This document shows positions 9,811-18,266 of a DNA stretch of 41,958 bases, one piece after another (positions within the stretch are counted from its first letter, which is position 1; every line of letters starts with the position of its first letter). This DNA is from a virus (Duplodnaviria > Caudoviricetes), in the IMG/VR virus record IMGVR_UViG_3300042741_000094, positions 1 through 41,958 of that record; one strand, written 5' to 3'. The notes under the pieces are model-generated. The model did not search any database. It was not told the DNA's origin and saw nothing but the letters and a program-made list of their open reading frames with translations. The position numbers and the translations under genes are program-made.

Positions 9811-11076
9811 ATGGGAAGCATTGACGGGCGTAATTTCTTTGGGTTTACATGGGGTACAGGACGGGGCAGGAATGACTACATGAAGACCCCGCGGGTTGAT
9901 AATGGTATTTTTACCCGCGCATGGGCGCAAATGACAGGCAAGCAATCGCCAAAATGGTTAAGCCCAACAGGAAAAGAGGCTTCAATCTTCAATACAACCC
10001 CTGAATTGAATGCGGTGATCAGTACTAAAGCGGACATGTACTCAAACGGCATTTATCGGCATCAAAAACAGAATAAGGCCGGTGAATGGGAAGACATTCC
10101 ATTTAAAGACAGCGAGGTTTTACAGTTGTTGAACAAACCAAACGCGCTACAATCAAAGGCTGATGCGATGAAGTATGATTCGGTTTGTATGGATGTTTTC
10201 GGCTGCTCAATTCGCTGGAAACGAAAGGCTACTCTTGGTGAATTGCCGTTATCCATAACGCCTTTTCCCATCGAACGAATGAAGATCGTCGAAACGGGTA
10301 AATGGTTCATGGCTACTAAGCCATCTGAAATATATGAAAGATTCATCTATTCGTATGATGATCGAAATGAAGAGAAGTTCGATCCAAATGAAATCATCTA
10401 CAAAAAAGCAATTAATCTAAGTGACTTGCGTAATGGATCACAACCCATTGCTGATCTATATATGCCAATCAGTAATATTCGTGAGGCTTACGGGTTCAGA
10501 AATGTAATCTTAGCTGAACATGGTGCTTTGGGTATTATTTCGGGTATGAAAAAAGATGATCAAGGTGTTTTGCCTATGCCTCCTGAAGATCGAAAGAAAC
10601 TTGAAAATCAATATCAAAAAGGATACGGAACTCACGACGGACAAAGCCGGACAATTTATGTTGATGGTGAATTGAAGTTCACGCCAACGACTTACAAAAC
10701 CAAAGACATGATGTTGTTTGAGGAAATTGACGCGGATATGAACATCATCATTGACTACTACCGGATGAACAAGAATATATTCAGTAAGGAGAAAAATAGC
10801 ACATTTGACAACGTGAACGAAGGGCGTAAAGCAACTTATGAAAACGCCATTATCCCTTTTGCTAATCAGGAGGCTGAGATATTGACCGCTGAATTGTTAC
10901 CGAATAATCCTACCGAAAGAATAATCATAGACTACTCCCATATCGCTGTTTTACAGGAAAACCGCAAAGAAAATGCTGAAACCGAAAAACTGAAAGCAGA
11001 GGCTTATTCAACGCTGATCGCTTCCGGAAAATCTGCACATGAAGCTGAGTTAGTGGTTTATGGGGTTAAGGCGTAA
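9811..11076 (+). CDS. Portal protein (HK97 family)
   Basis: 421 aa with portal-like motifs LLNKPNALQS, VFGCS, RNGSQPIADL, HGALGII, STFDNVNEG, YENAIIP. Confidence 0.88.
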   Translation: MGSIDGRNFFGFTWGTGRGRNDYMKTPRVDNGIFTRAWAQMTGKQSPKWLSPTGKEASIFNTTPELNAVISTKADMYSNGIYRHQKQNKAGEWEDIPFKDSEVLQLLNKPNALQSKADAMKYDSVCMDVFGCSIRWKRKATLGELPLSITPFPIERMKIVETGKWFMATKPSEIYERFIYSYDDRNEEKFDPNEIIYKKAINLSDLRNGSQPIADLYMPISNIREAYGFRNVILAEHGALGIISGMKKDDQGVLPMPPEDRKKLENQYQKGYGTHDGQSRTIYVDGELKFTPTTYKTKDMMLFEEIDADMNIIIDYYRMNKNIFSKEKNSTFDNVNEGRKATYENAIIPFANQEAEILTAELLPNNPTERIIIDYSHIAVLQENRKENAETEKLKAEAYSTLIASGKSAHEAELVVYGVKA

Positions 11077-11280
11077 GCGCGATGTCAATAACACCAAGAT
11101 TATTTTACGTATCAATGTGTAAATTGCTATTAAGCGAATAGCGTAACCAATAGCCATTAAAGCATTCGGGATAGGGTCTTTTTCAGCCAATTTAACATGG
11201 TGATTTATCGCCAAATCAATCAATATACACTCGTTTCGCAGTGCTTGGAAATCAAGTGTTATAACGGTTATATTACTCAT
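11050..11280 (-). CDS. Hypothetical protein
   Basis: ATGA-coupled to the upstream ORF; overlaps the portal 3' end by 27 nt. Confidence 0.45.
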   Translation of the reverse strand: MSNITVITLDFQALRNECILIDLAINHHVKLAEKDPIPNALMAIGYAIRLIAIYTLIRKIILVLLTSRLRLNPINH

Positions 11281-11675
11281 AAATCAAAAATTAATTCTTC
11301 ACCCGTGAGAGCGTGGTACAGGTTTTGGAGGCTGTGTAGGTATTCACACGGAAAAGAAGCTATTGGAGTTCCGTGTAATAACATCAAAGCCTTGCCTGAA
11401 TTAGCGTATCGCGGCTGTTCAGGTAGGCAGATGTAAATTCTATTTACGTTCCACAAAAAGTGATAATCATCAGACAAATCATTTCCGATGTCTTGTTTTT
11501 TTGCACCCAACATCAAAAGGATTTCTTCGGTTAATGGGATTGGTTCTAAGTACACGCTGTTAGCTATATCAGACTGATGTTGTTCAAAAATCATCCGTGC
11601 TGTTATCTCCCATGTTTTACTGAGTAAAGTTGCGTAATTCCCGATCCTCAGATCGCTTGCTTTTAGTTTGTTCAT
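11277..11675 (-). CDS. Hypothetical phage protein
   Basis: 132 aa; N-terminal ASDLRIGN, central EPIPLTEEILL and C-terminal LHSLQNLYHALTGEEL, typical of Bacteroidota phage accessory proteins. Confidence 0.8.
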   Translation of the reverse strand: MNKLKASDLRIGNYATLLSKTWEITARMIFEQHQSDIANSVYLEPIPLTEEILLMLGAKKQDIGNDLSDDYHFLWNVNRIYICLPEQPRYANSGKALMLLHGTPIASFPCEYLHSLQNLYHALTGEELIFDL

Positions 11676-11684
11676 TTCTTAAAT

Positions 11685-11960
11685 TTAAAATTCTTGTTCT
11701 TGTCGATTTTTTCCGTATCGTTCAGACATCGCGGCAACGTATTGTTTTCCCGTTTTAGGCTTCAAACAACGCTCTTTAGGTTTGCAATAGAATGCCCAGT
11801 AATCCCCATTACTATATCTGCCATGTGTGGCTTTTTTACCGAGTTGCTCCAATTTAAATCCTAAAGAACATGAGCCCTCCCTAAAGCCAATAGATGAGTA
11901 AGCGAAACATCCATGGCAATTACGAGCTTTTATCAAAGAAAGTGGTGGAATTTGGCTCAT
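11685..11960 (-). CDS. Cys-rich hypothetical protein
   Basis: CxxC...C...C pattern; AT-rich leader. Confidence 0.7.
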   Translation of the reverse strand: MSQIPPLSLIKARNCHGCFAYSSIGFREGSCSLGFKLEQLGKKATHGRYSNGDYWAFYCKPKERCLKPKTGKQYVAAMSERYGKNRQEQEF

Positions 11961-12082
11961 TTTCTTAAATTTAAAGTGTGTACTGGATTACGTTGGCTTG
12001 ATCAATCATTACCGATTTAACGTCGTGCTGCTCTTTGATTTGGTTTGTTATTTCTATTATCCACTCAGAAAATGACACGGCA

Positions 12083-12349
12083 TTACAGAAGAATGTTTTT
12101 GATACACATTACTAAACAATCTTCAATAGTTTCAATTCCGTATCGACAATAATCACCACCGAAGCCACCTTGAACAGCATACATTCCTGTTTTATCTGTT
12201 ACGGTTACATAGTAGTCATTTGTCGCTTCCTGTTTAGCAATGCAAATACGATGTTCTTTGTAAATGCATTCTAAATCATTTTCAGTTTGGTAATGGATAT
12301 GCTTATCACGAATTACCCTTGTTTTTCCTTCGACTGTTACTTTTATCAT
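12083..12349 (-). CDS. Hypothetical protein
   Basis: 88-aa ORF with A-rich leader, downstream of structured RNA copy 1. Confidence 0.7.
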   Translation of the reverse strand: MIKVTVEGKTRVIRDKHIHYQTENDLECIYKEHRICIAKQEATNDYYVTVTDKTGMYAVQGGFGGDYCRYGIETIEDCLVMCIKNILL

Positions 12350-12370
12350 TGTTTTAAAATTTAGATTTAA

Positions 12371-12466
12371 TTAAAAAAGCCCGCCTAATTCCATCGGGGT
12401 CTGACTTCCAACTTCATTAAACGGGCTTAATAAGCTCTTTGGTTCACATTGTCAGACCGAACCTGT
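12371..12466 (-). ncRNA. Structured leader RNA/sRNA, copy 1 (two hairpins, kissing loop)
   Basis: After TATCTTTG (12470-12477): hairpin GGTTC..GAACC with loop GGTCTGAC, then hairpin AAGCCCGTTTAAT..ATTAGGCGGGCTT plus T run whose loop is GTCAGACC; homologous copy at 25568-25665. Confidence 0.75.
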
Positions 12467-12625
12467 AGGCAAAGATAACGATATTTATTTGATGCTGCAA
12501 AAAATGTGATGAACGGTTCGGATCAGGGATAAAACAAAAATCCGGAACAAAGCCCCGGATTAATGAAAAAAGTTGAGTATGAAAATAACAAGGTCAAAGA
12601 TAGGGATTTTTTTCGGTTTTACAAT

Positions 12626-12655
12626 AAAAAAGGAGTGGATAATAAATCCACTCCT
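12626..12655 (-). terminator. Rho-independent terminator
   Basis: Perfect 10-bp stem AGGAGTGGAT/ATCCACTCCT followed by a T run on minus. Confidence 0.8.
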
Positions 12656-12878
12656 AATTTCCCTGCGCATCCATGAGGGTGTGTACATGATTACGTCTTT
12701 TGGGTAACGTTGGGTTTTTTGTATTTCATCTGAAATTTTTGTTCCCCTATCTTTTTCACGGTCAACCGATACGACACCATACTGATAGTTACCCTTTTGC
12801 GGTGAAGGGATATCCTTCTACTTCTATCAGCCCGATTGACTGTCACGTTTTCTAAGGTCAAAACGCATAAGCCTTATT

Positions 12879-12965
12879 TTAAATTGACCGTGACCGTGAC
12901 TGTGACTGTGACCGTGACCATGACCGTGACCGATCATAGCCCTCTCTAAGAAGGGACGCGTTCAT
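12879..12965 (-). CDS. 28-aa Arg/Ser dipeptide-repeat peptide (not in the ORF track)
   Basis: MNASLLREGYDRSRSWSRSQSQSRSRSI*; TAATG-coupled to 12965-13312. Confidence 0.7.
   Translation of the reverse strand: MNASLLREGYDRSRSWSRSQSQSRSRSI
12885..12932. repeat. Hexamer tandem repeat, 8 units (TGACCG/TGACTG/TGACCA)
   Basis: tgaccg tgaccg tgactg tgactg tgaccg tgacca tgaccg tgaccg. Confidence 0.95.
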
Positions 12966-13312
12966 TATTTTGTGCTTTTAGGTAATTCATGTATCCACAG
13001 ATCAAAGTCAATTATTCCGCCAAAGTGAACGCCTTTTCCGTCAGGACATTTCTCCACCTCGTTCAGTGTCCCTTTTTCGAGTGCCTCAGAGTAACGTCCA
13101 GTGTCAGCTACCCAGCAACATTCATCAAGGATCATTCCCATTTGCGTGATTTTTCGTACCCTTCCTAAGACAATCATTGTGACTGTGCGTATTAGGTATG
13201 CTTTTCCGATTTCATAAAGGCATTCGTCACCATTAAGCATGATTACCTTTGTTTGCTCCAATCCCTTCGGGACATAAGTAACGTCTCCGATTTTTACTTC
13301 TAATTCTTCCAT
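12965..13312 (-). CDS. Hypothetical protein, possible Sm/SH3-like barrel
   Basis: 115 aa, IGKAYLIRTVTM..LGRV beta pattern; own promoter at 13355-13362. Confidence 0.75.
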   Translation of the reverse strand: MEELEVKIGDVTYVPKGLEQTKVIMLNGDECLYEIGKAYLIRTVTMIVLGRVRKITQMGMILDECCWVADTGRYSEALEKGTLNEVEKCPDGKGVHFGGIIDFDLWIHELPKSTK

Positions 13313-13438
13313 TTATTTTGATTTTAATTGATTGCGTTCTTATCGTTTACAAAGCAAAGGTATCCACTACCTATCTAACAAAACAATCAAATGTGATGAG
13401 CGGCAAAAATAATGGTGTAAGTGGTTCAATCATGATTT

Positions 13439-13654
13439 TTAGCGACCATTTCTCCTCCTGACTTCATTTGCCGTGAACACAGCCCCCTTCCGAATGATAC
13501 ACTTCCTATTCTCAAAGTGCTTTTCATCAAACGGGAACTTTTGTAATTTCGATTCAGAAACCCCAATGTTGTGACCTGCTTCGATCAACGCAGAGAGGCC
13601 ACCGTAGTAGTGATGACCCCCTGGTTTTAGTTCTATGTGGAAAATTGTTGTCAT
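13439..13654 (-). CDS. Hypothetical protein
   Basis: 71-aa ORF, ATGA-coupled. Confidence 0.7.
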   Translation of the reverse strand: MTTIFHIELKPGGHHYYGGLSALIEAGHNIGVSESKLQKFPFDEKHFENRKCIIRKGAVFTANEVRRRNGR

Positions 13655-13794
13655 GGTTTGGTGAAACTTTTCATGTAATAATAATGCTGAACCTCATATT
13701 TATGCTTCAAATCGTTCGTCATAAAATATAACAGGCTGTGTTTTATAATCCTACGCCACCTGATTATAAAGTCGTTTGTTATTAGTGATTTCAT
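13651..13794 (-). CDS. 47-aa hypothetical protein (not in the ORF track)
   Basis: MKSLITNDF...SFTKP*; ATGA overlaps at both ends. Confidence 0.6.
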   Translation of the reverse strand: MKSLITNDFIIRWRRIIKHSLLYFMTNDLKHKYEVQHYYYMKSFTKP

Positions 13795-14018
13795 ACCAAT
13801 TTACCCGTGTCAATTTTTCCGTCTTCATTTAGTTCGCCGTCCCATAATTCAAAAGTATGATCAAAAAAATCCTTGTTGTAGTCATCTTCATTAGCTGAAT
13901 CACCCCCCAAGACAAGTTCACCTTTAAAAGTCCCTATCTTTGCGATGCCGAAATAACCTGAGTTAAACTCTACTACTTCGTATTCTGACTTGTTAACCTT
14001 TGTTGTAATTGCTTCCAT
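13791..14018 (-). CDS. Acidic hypothetical protein
   Basis: 75 aa, D/E-rich; promoter TATATTTG at 14047-14054. Confidence 0.7.
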   Translation of the reverse strand: MEAITTKVNKSEYEVVEFNSGYFGIAKIGTFKGELVLGGDSANEDDYNKDFFDHTFELWDGELNEDGKIDTGKLV

Positions 14019-14163
14019 GTTTTCTACTTGTTTATCGTTTGTTTGACAAATATATGGCGTTTTTTTGAATCCACCAAATAAAAATGCAAATATTTCTGAT
14101 TATTTTGCATAATAGTTTGTAAGTTGTTGATAATCAATGATGGTTAAATCATGGTTTTTTTGC

Positions 14164-15669
14164 CTACTGCTTCATTATTTCAGGCAGAATATCCGGCCAT
14201 GATCCCGGATAAAGGCCGTAAAAGAAGTAAGCAAGCCCCACGACTGAATCCGGCACATCATCCACTTTACTACTGCCGTCTTTGCGATAAGTGGTTAAGA
14301 ACTTCATTGCAATGTCGTAATGGCTTCCTGGTTCGTAATCTGTTCGGAAAACAAAGTGCTTACGAACGAAGGGCGACATGGATAGAATGCGCTGATGCTT
14401 ATTGCCTTTTGATATACACGGGTAAAGCGGGCTATTGATTAGGGTTGAGAACTGCTTACGAAACATAGACCCTAATCCATTTGTTTCAATTCGGCTGCTG
14501 ATCGGCTTCAATTCATTTACCAGTAAAGATAGTTCTGCTAACGTGATCTCACTGAAATCCTGACTAAGATAGAAGTCTCGAATAAATATCTTACCATTAG
14601 GCAATAGATCACCGAAAGGAGCGGATAGATAGTCTTTACCATCATCTTTAGGATCAATGTACCCATGTCTCGCTATAATGCCTGTGATCTCCTTTCTTTC
14701 TATACGGTTAAGTTCTTCCATTGGAAAAACCAACCCTTCTTTATTATTCGGGTTTTGCTGGTATTGGCAATCCCATACCCCTGATGTTTCATGGTTATCC
14801 CGGAGCAACTTAACCTGATCCCATCCTAATTTATTCTCCCAAAGCAAAACGCCATCGTCGCTTACAGCTGGAAACACCATGAACTTTGTTTTTAGGGTTT
14901 GATCAGGTAAACCGACCTTGTAATAATCAAGGAAAAACGCGGTCGCATCACTCATTCCGGCTCGTTGCTGAATATGGATAACAGGCGTTTCTTTCCTGTT
15001 CTTACGACTTAGTACCGTGTTTGTTATAACGCGCACTACTTTATCATTGGTAGCGTTCTCAACAGCCGAATCGTCTGTTTTATTGACATCATCAAGTATG
15101 ATTGATCCGTCAAAATCTTGGATCAGGTTGATCAATTCCCGATTAGCCCCTAACTTGCTTGCATCCACCATTCGACCCGCCCCAAATCCGGTGATTTGCC
15201 CAAATATGGTTGCTGTTTTCAGTCCTCCGCCTTGATCAGTTCGCCACAGGTTTTTTGCGTTTTGATCCTTACGCATCTTAACCCCGAACAACGTGTAAAA
15301 GTATGGATGACTAACAATGTTTCGGATTTCAACAGACGTTTGAGAGCGCAATTCATCCGATGCAGATATGTACAGGTTATTACCCTTCGGATTGATCGCA
15401 ATTGATGCCGCGATAAACATGACAGCCGCTAACTCTGTTTTACTCATCCGGGGCGGCATATTGATGTTTAAATGCTCTGTTTGGAATAACTGTACCTTCC
15501 TGAGTTCGTTTGCGATTTCTCGGTGATGCCAATTGACTAAGAAGTCTGTATTATGGATCACCTTATACCAAAACTGAGCGAAAAAAATCAGATCGTAATC
15601 ACGACTGACCCATCCACCGTACCACGCCTTTAATTGGTTTCGGCTTAAATTATTGTAATCCCATGCCAT
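14164..15669 (-). CDS. terL: Terminase large subunit
   Basis: Walker A-like NMPPRMSKTE, ITGFGAG, Walker B IILDD, IQQR, QYQQNP, nuclease YIDP...D and DDVPDS. Confidence 0.93.
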   Translation of the reverse strand: MAWDYNNLSRNQLKAWYGGWVSRDYDLIFFAQFWYKVIHNTDFLVNWHHREIANELRKVQLFQTEHLNINMPPRMSKTELAAVMFIAASIAINPKGNNLYISASDELRSQTSVEIRNIVSHPYFYTLFGVKMRKDQNAKNLWRTDQGGGLKTATIFGQITGFGAGRMVDASKLGANRELINLIQDFDGSIILDDVNKTDDSAVENATNDKVVRVITNTVLSRKNRKETPVIHIQQRAGMSDATAFFLDYYKVGLPDQTLKTKFMVFPAVSDDGVLLWENKLGWDQVKLLRDNHETSGVWDCQYQQNPNNKEGLVFPMEELNRIERKEITGIIARHGYIDPKDDGKDYLSAPFGDLLPNGKIFIRDFYLSQDFSEITLAELSLLVNELKPISSRIETNGLGSMFRKQFSTLINSPLYPCISKGNKHQRILSMSPFVRKHFVFRTDYEPGSHYDIAMKFLTTYRKDGSSKVDDVPDSVVGLAYFFYGLYPGSWPDILPEIMKQ

Positions 15670-15729
15670 TGAGGCAAAGGTAATGAAAGTTTAAGCGCAA
15701 TAAGATAAAGTTCACTTGATCGCAAAACC

Positions 15730-15753
15730 GCTGGGTACTATTTGGTACCCAGC
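15730..15753. terminator. Stem-loop / probable terminator upstream of terL
   Basis: GCTGGGTAC-tatttg-GTACCCAGC perfect 9-bp stem. Confidence 0.55.
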
Positions 15754-15769
15754 ATAATTTTGATTGCTT

Positions 15770-16039
15770 TTATGCTTGTTTGATTCTAATCGCGTAGGCA
15801 TCCCATATTAATAATTTTCCGAGCGTGGTATCCTTTAATTTTGGAAGTGAAAATTCTCTCAATCTTGAAAATATTTCCATTTCTGTTTTAGCAGACGAAA
15901 GTGGTTTGAAGGATATGTCTTTGTGATCCATCATTACCTTTCCTTTATTCATTGTGTCTCGCATTACCCTTGCTATTTCCAATTTGTCTGCATTCGCTTT
16001 TATGAGCCAAAACTTGTTTTCAAAATCCTGAATTTTCAT
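15770..16039 (-). CDS. Hypothetical protein
   Basis: 89 aa; own promoter at 16065-16072. Confidence 0.7.
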   Translation of the reverse strand: MKIQDFENKFWLIKANADKLEIARVMRDTMNKGKVMMDHKDISFKPLSSAKTEMEIFSRLREFSLPKLKDTTLGKLLIWDAYAIRIKQA

Positions 16040-16147
16040 AACTCTTTATTTATCGTTTACAAAGCAAAGGTAGCCCACTTATTCCGGCAATCAATGTGAA
16101 TTATGATGAGTGGTTTGGATTAAGGATGAGTGGTTAATCAAGCTTCT

Positions 16148-16357
16148 TTATAATGCTTTAAACGTGATGATCGTGCCGTCAGCAAATGAGCCGTTATTAT
16201 AAATAACCTTGAGAGTTATTCCGTCGTAAAATATAACATCACCAACTAACCGATTGCTTTCGTAACACTTACCCTCTTTAAATGAATAGCTTCGTTTTGG
16301 CATAACAATTGGCTTGCATTCTTTTGGCATATCACCATTCCAGTTATCACAACTCAT
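16148..16357 (-). CDS. Hypothetical protein
   Basis: 69 aa directly after terS. Confidence 0.6.
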   Translation of the reverse strand: MSCDNWNGDMPKECKPIVMPKRSYSFKEGKCYESNRLVGDVIFYDGITLKVIYNNGSFADGTIITFKAL

Positions 16358-16362
16358 ATCCC

Positions 16363-16902
16363 TTATTTATCAAAGTTCTTGAACTCTTCCTCTGCCTCTT
16401 TCTTCTCCTCATCTGTCAGCGGCTTGATCTCATGGTTCATGTTTAAGTTTGTCACCTGATCAATCCAACCCATGTTTTTAAGCACAAAAATAGCCCCTGT
16501 AACGTTGCCCGCTTGGGTCTGCTCTTCGTAGTATTGCTCGATGGAAAAACGTGCTCTTTTTACAATGTAAGAAAATTCTTCCCTTTTTTCGTAGTCGTAG
16601 AATGACTGACGGGATTCAAACCCAAGGTAAAAGGCTAATCCTGAGATTGTTGGTAATTCAACATCTATTGTTTGGGCGTTTTCACCTTTACCGATAACGA
16701 TGGTTCGTTTTTTCATCCCGTTGTTGAAGTACTCGTTTGTCTTTTGGATCAACTTTTCGGGTGATGAGAAAACAGGCGGTCGGCCAGCTCCTATGTAATC
16801 AACAAGAGGTTTTTCGGGTAACTCCGTAACTTCATCATCCGGATGCTCGTTGTACTCTCGGTACTTGCCTTTCTGATTAACTGTACTTTCCTTTTTCGCC
16901 AT
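16363..16902 (-). CDS. terS: Terminase small subunit (P22 gp3-like DNA-packaging protein)
   Basis: GRPPVFSSPE..., PTISGLAFYLGF.SRQSFYDY, GAIFVLKNMGW.D motifs. Confidence 0.85.
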   Translation of the reverse strand: MAKKESTVNQKGKYREYNEHPDDEVTELPEKPLVDYIGAGRPPVFSSPEKLIQKTNEYFNNGMKKRTIVIGKGENAQTIDVELPTISGLAFYLGFESRQSFYDYEKREEFSYIVKRARFSIEQYYEEQTQAGNVTGAIFVLKNMGWIDQVTNLNMNHEIKPLTDEEKKEAEEEFKNFDK

Positions 16903-16939
16903 GCTGTTAATTTTTAAACAAAGTTAGTGAAAATTTAAC

Positions 16940-17200
16940 TTAGATTTTCCATCCTTTCTTGATCAAATCTTCTTTCATTGCTTGAATTGCGTCGGTGAAT
17001 GTTGGCTCAAACAAACACCGCAAAAACATATCCGCGTTATAATTTAATTCGAGCATGATCATCCGATTCTTTGCTTTTCGGTACAAGTTATCAATCCTAG
17101 TTATCCCTAATGTTTCGGACGCGTCAACCTCATTATTAATCCGATTCAAGGCATCCTCGCAAGCGGCTTTGTAATCGTAATTTATTTCAAGCTGTTTCAT
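16940..17200 (-). CDS. Hypothetical protein
   Basis: 86-aa ORF upstream of terS. Confidence 0.7.
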   Translation of the reverse strand: MKQLEINYDYKAACEDALNRINNEVDASETLGITRIDNLYRKAKNRMIMLELNYNADMFLRCLFEPTFTDAIQAMKEDLIKKGWKI

Positions 17201-17201
17201 T

Positions 17202-17295
17202 TCAATCGGTTATTGAGGTTAAAATATCAAGAGCCAATACCCCTGCTTTTTCAGCAACTTTTTTAAATTCGTCTTTAGTTATCTGAATTCGGCAA
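17202..17295 (-). pseudogene. 3' fragment of the IS-interrupted gene
   Basis: Removing the IS and one TSD joins ...HLGICR to IQITKDEFKKVAEKAGVLALDILTSITD* in frame. Confidence 0.85.
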
Positions 17296-17360
17296 GGTAA
17301 CTATATACCTGTTTACAGTAAAACATCAAAAATAGTTAACCATATATCTGTTTACATATA

Positions 17361-17585
17361 TTATTTATGTAGCCTGACATAAAACAAAAGTACATCAAAT
17401 TTCGAGGCTTCACAAAATCTTAGAATCCAAAACAGACTTGGGCATCTTTCACCCCTTTCGTAGCTTGAAACGTTCTGCGGATTGATATTCATTAATGCAG
17501 AAACATCAACCTGTGTTAAACCGTTCTCTTCACGGATTTTCTTTAGCAAAATCCCTATTTTTGTGTTATAAGTTTTCTTGTCCAT
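17361..17585 (-). CDS. XRE-family helix-turn-helix regulator (IS passenger)
   Basis: LKKIREENGLTQVDVS...NVSSYERGERCPS; start could be further upstream (17627). Confidence 0.85.
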   Translation of the reverse strand: MDKKTYNTKIGILLKKIREENGLTQVDVSALMNINPQNVSSYERGERCPSLFWILRFCEASKFDVLLFYVRLHK

Positions 17586-17673
17586 GAACACAAATTCAAG
17601 TTTTTTTCGCTCAATTGTGTAACACAATTGTATTAGTCATATATTTGTTGAGTAATTATTAAATTTTTTTTGT

Positions 17674-18246
17674 ATGAAAATTAAAACATTAACGGCAATC
17701 TTAATTTTGTTTAGCACATGTTTATCATGTGATAAAAAAGAAGACTCTCCACCAACCAATACAGAGCCGCCATCAGGAAGTGTAGCCGACGGAACGTGTG
17801 TGTTTTATGTTGACGGAGTAAAAAGTAATGCTACAACAACAGTTATATCACTACAGGCTGTCGTCAATCAAGCCGGAAAATATTCAATGTCATTTAATGC
17901 TTTTACACATCCAGATGGTAATATTGCCAACAGTGTATCATTTAGCATTCTAAACGATATGGTGATTCAGCCAATTGACTTTGTCGTTGAAAACAAAATA
18001 ACCTCTAATAATCCGGTTTTAAACTATTTTAAAACTGCATCATCCGTATATAATAACCAAGGATGTGACCAATCTTTTAATGGGGGCGGAATTTATGGCC
18101 AAGATGGTGAAATTAAAATCACATACATTGACAAATCGACAAAAAAAATATCAGGATCATTTAAAATGAATTTGTGTATATCAGATGTTGATCATGTTTT
18201 TGTTGAAGGTAGTTTTACTAAAATGGATTTTTTACTAATTGAATAA
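17674..18246 (+). CDS. Lipoprotein (IS passenger)
   Basis: Signal peptide with lipobox CLSC followed by DKKED; promoter TATATTTG at 17640-17647. Confidence 0.8.
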   Translation: MKIKTLTAILILFSTCLSCDKKEDSPPTNTEPPSGSVADGTCVFYVDGVKSNATTTVISLQAVVNQAGKYSMSFNAFTHPDGNIANSVSFSILNDMVIQPIDFVVENKITSNNPVLNYFKTASSVYNNQGCDQSFNGGGIYGQDGEIKITYIDKSTKKISGSFKMNLCISDVDHVFVEGSFTKMDFLLIE

Positions 18247-18266
18247 AAATAAAGAAGAGGCTTTAA

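Noticed and set aside
14118-14146. TTGATAATCAA palindrome as a dif or operator site
   Set aside because: Single short AT-rich copy with no clear XerC/XerD arms; cannot be supported from this sequence alone.
17361-17627. XRE protein as the phage CI repressor
   Set aside because: It lies inside the IS boundaries and has no peptidase domain or adjacent cro-like switch.
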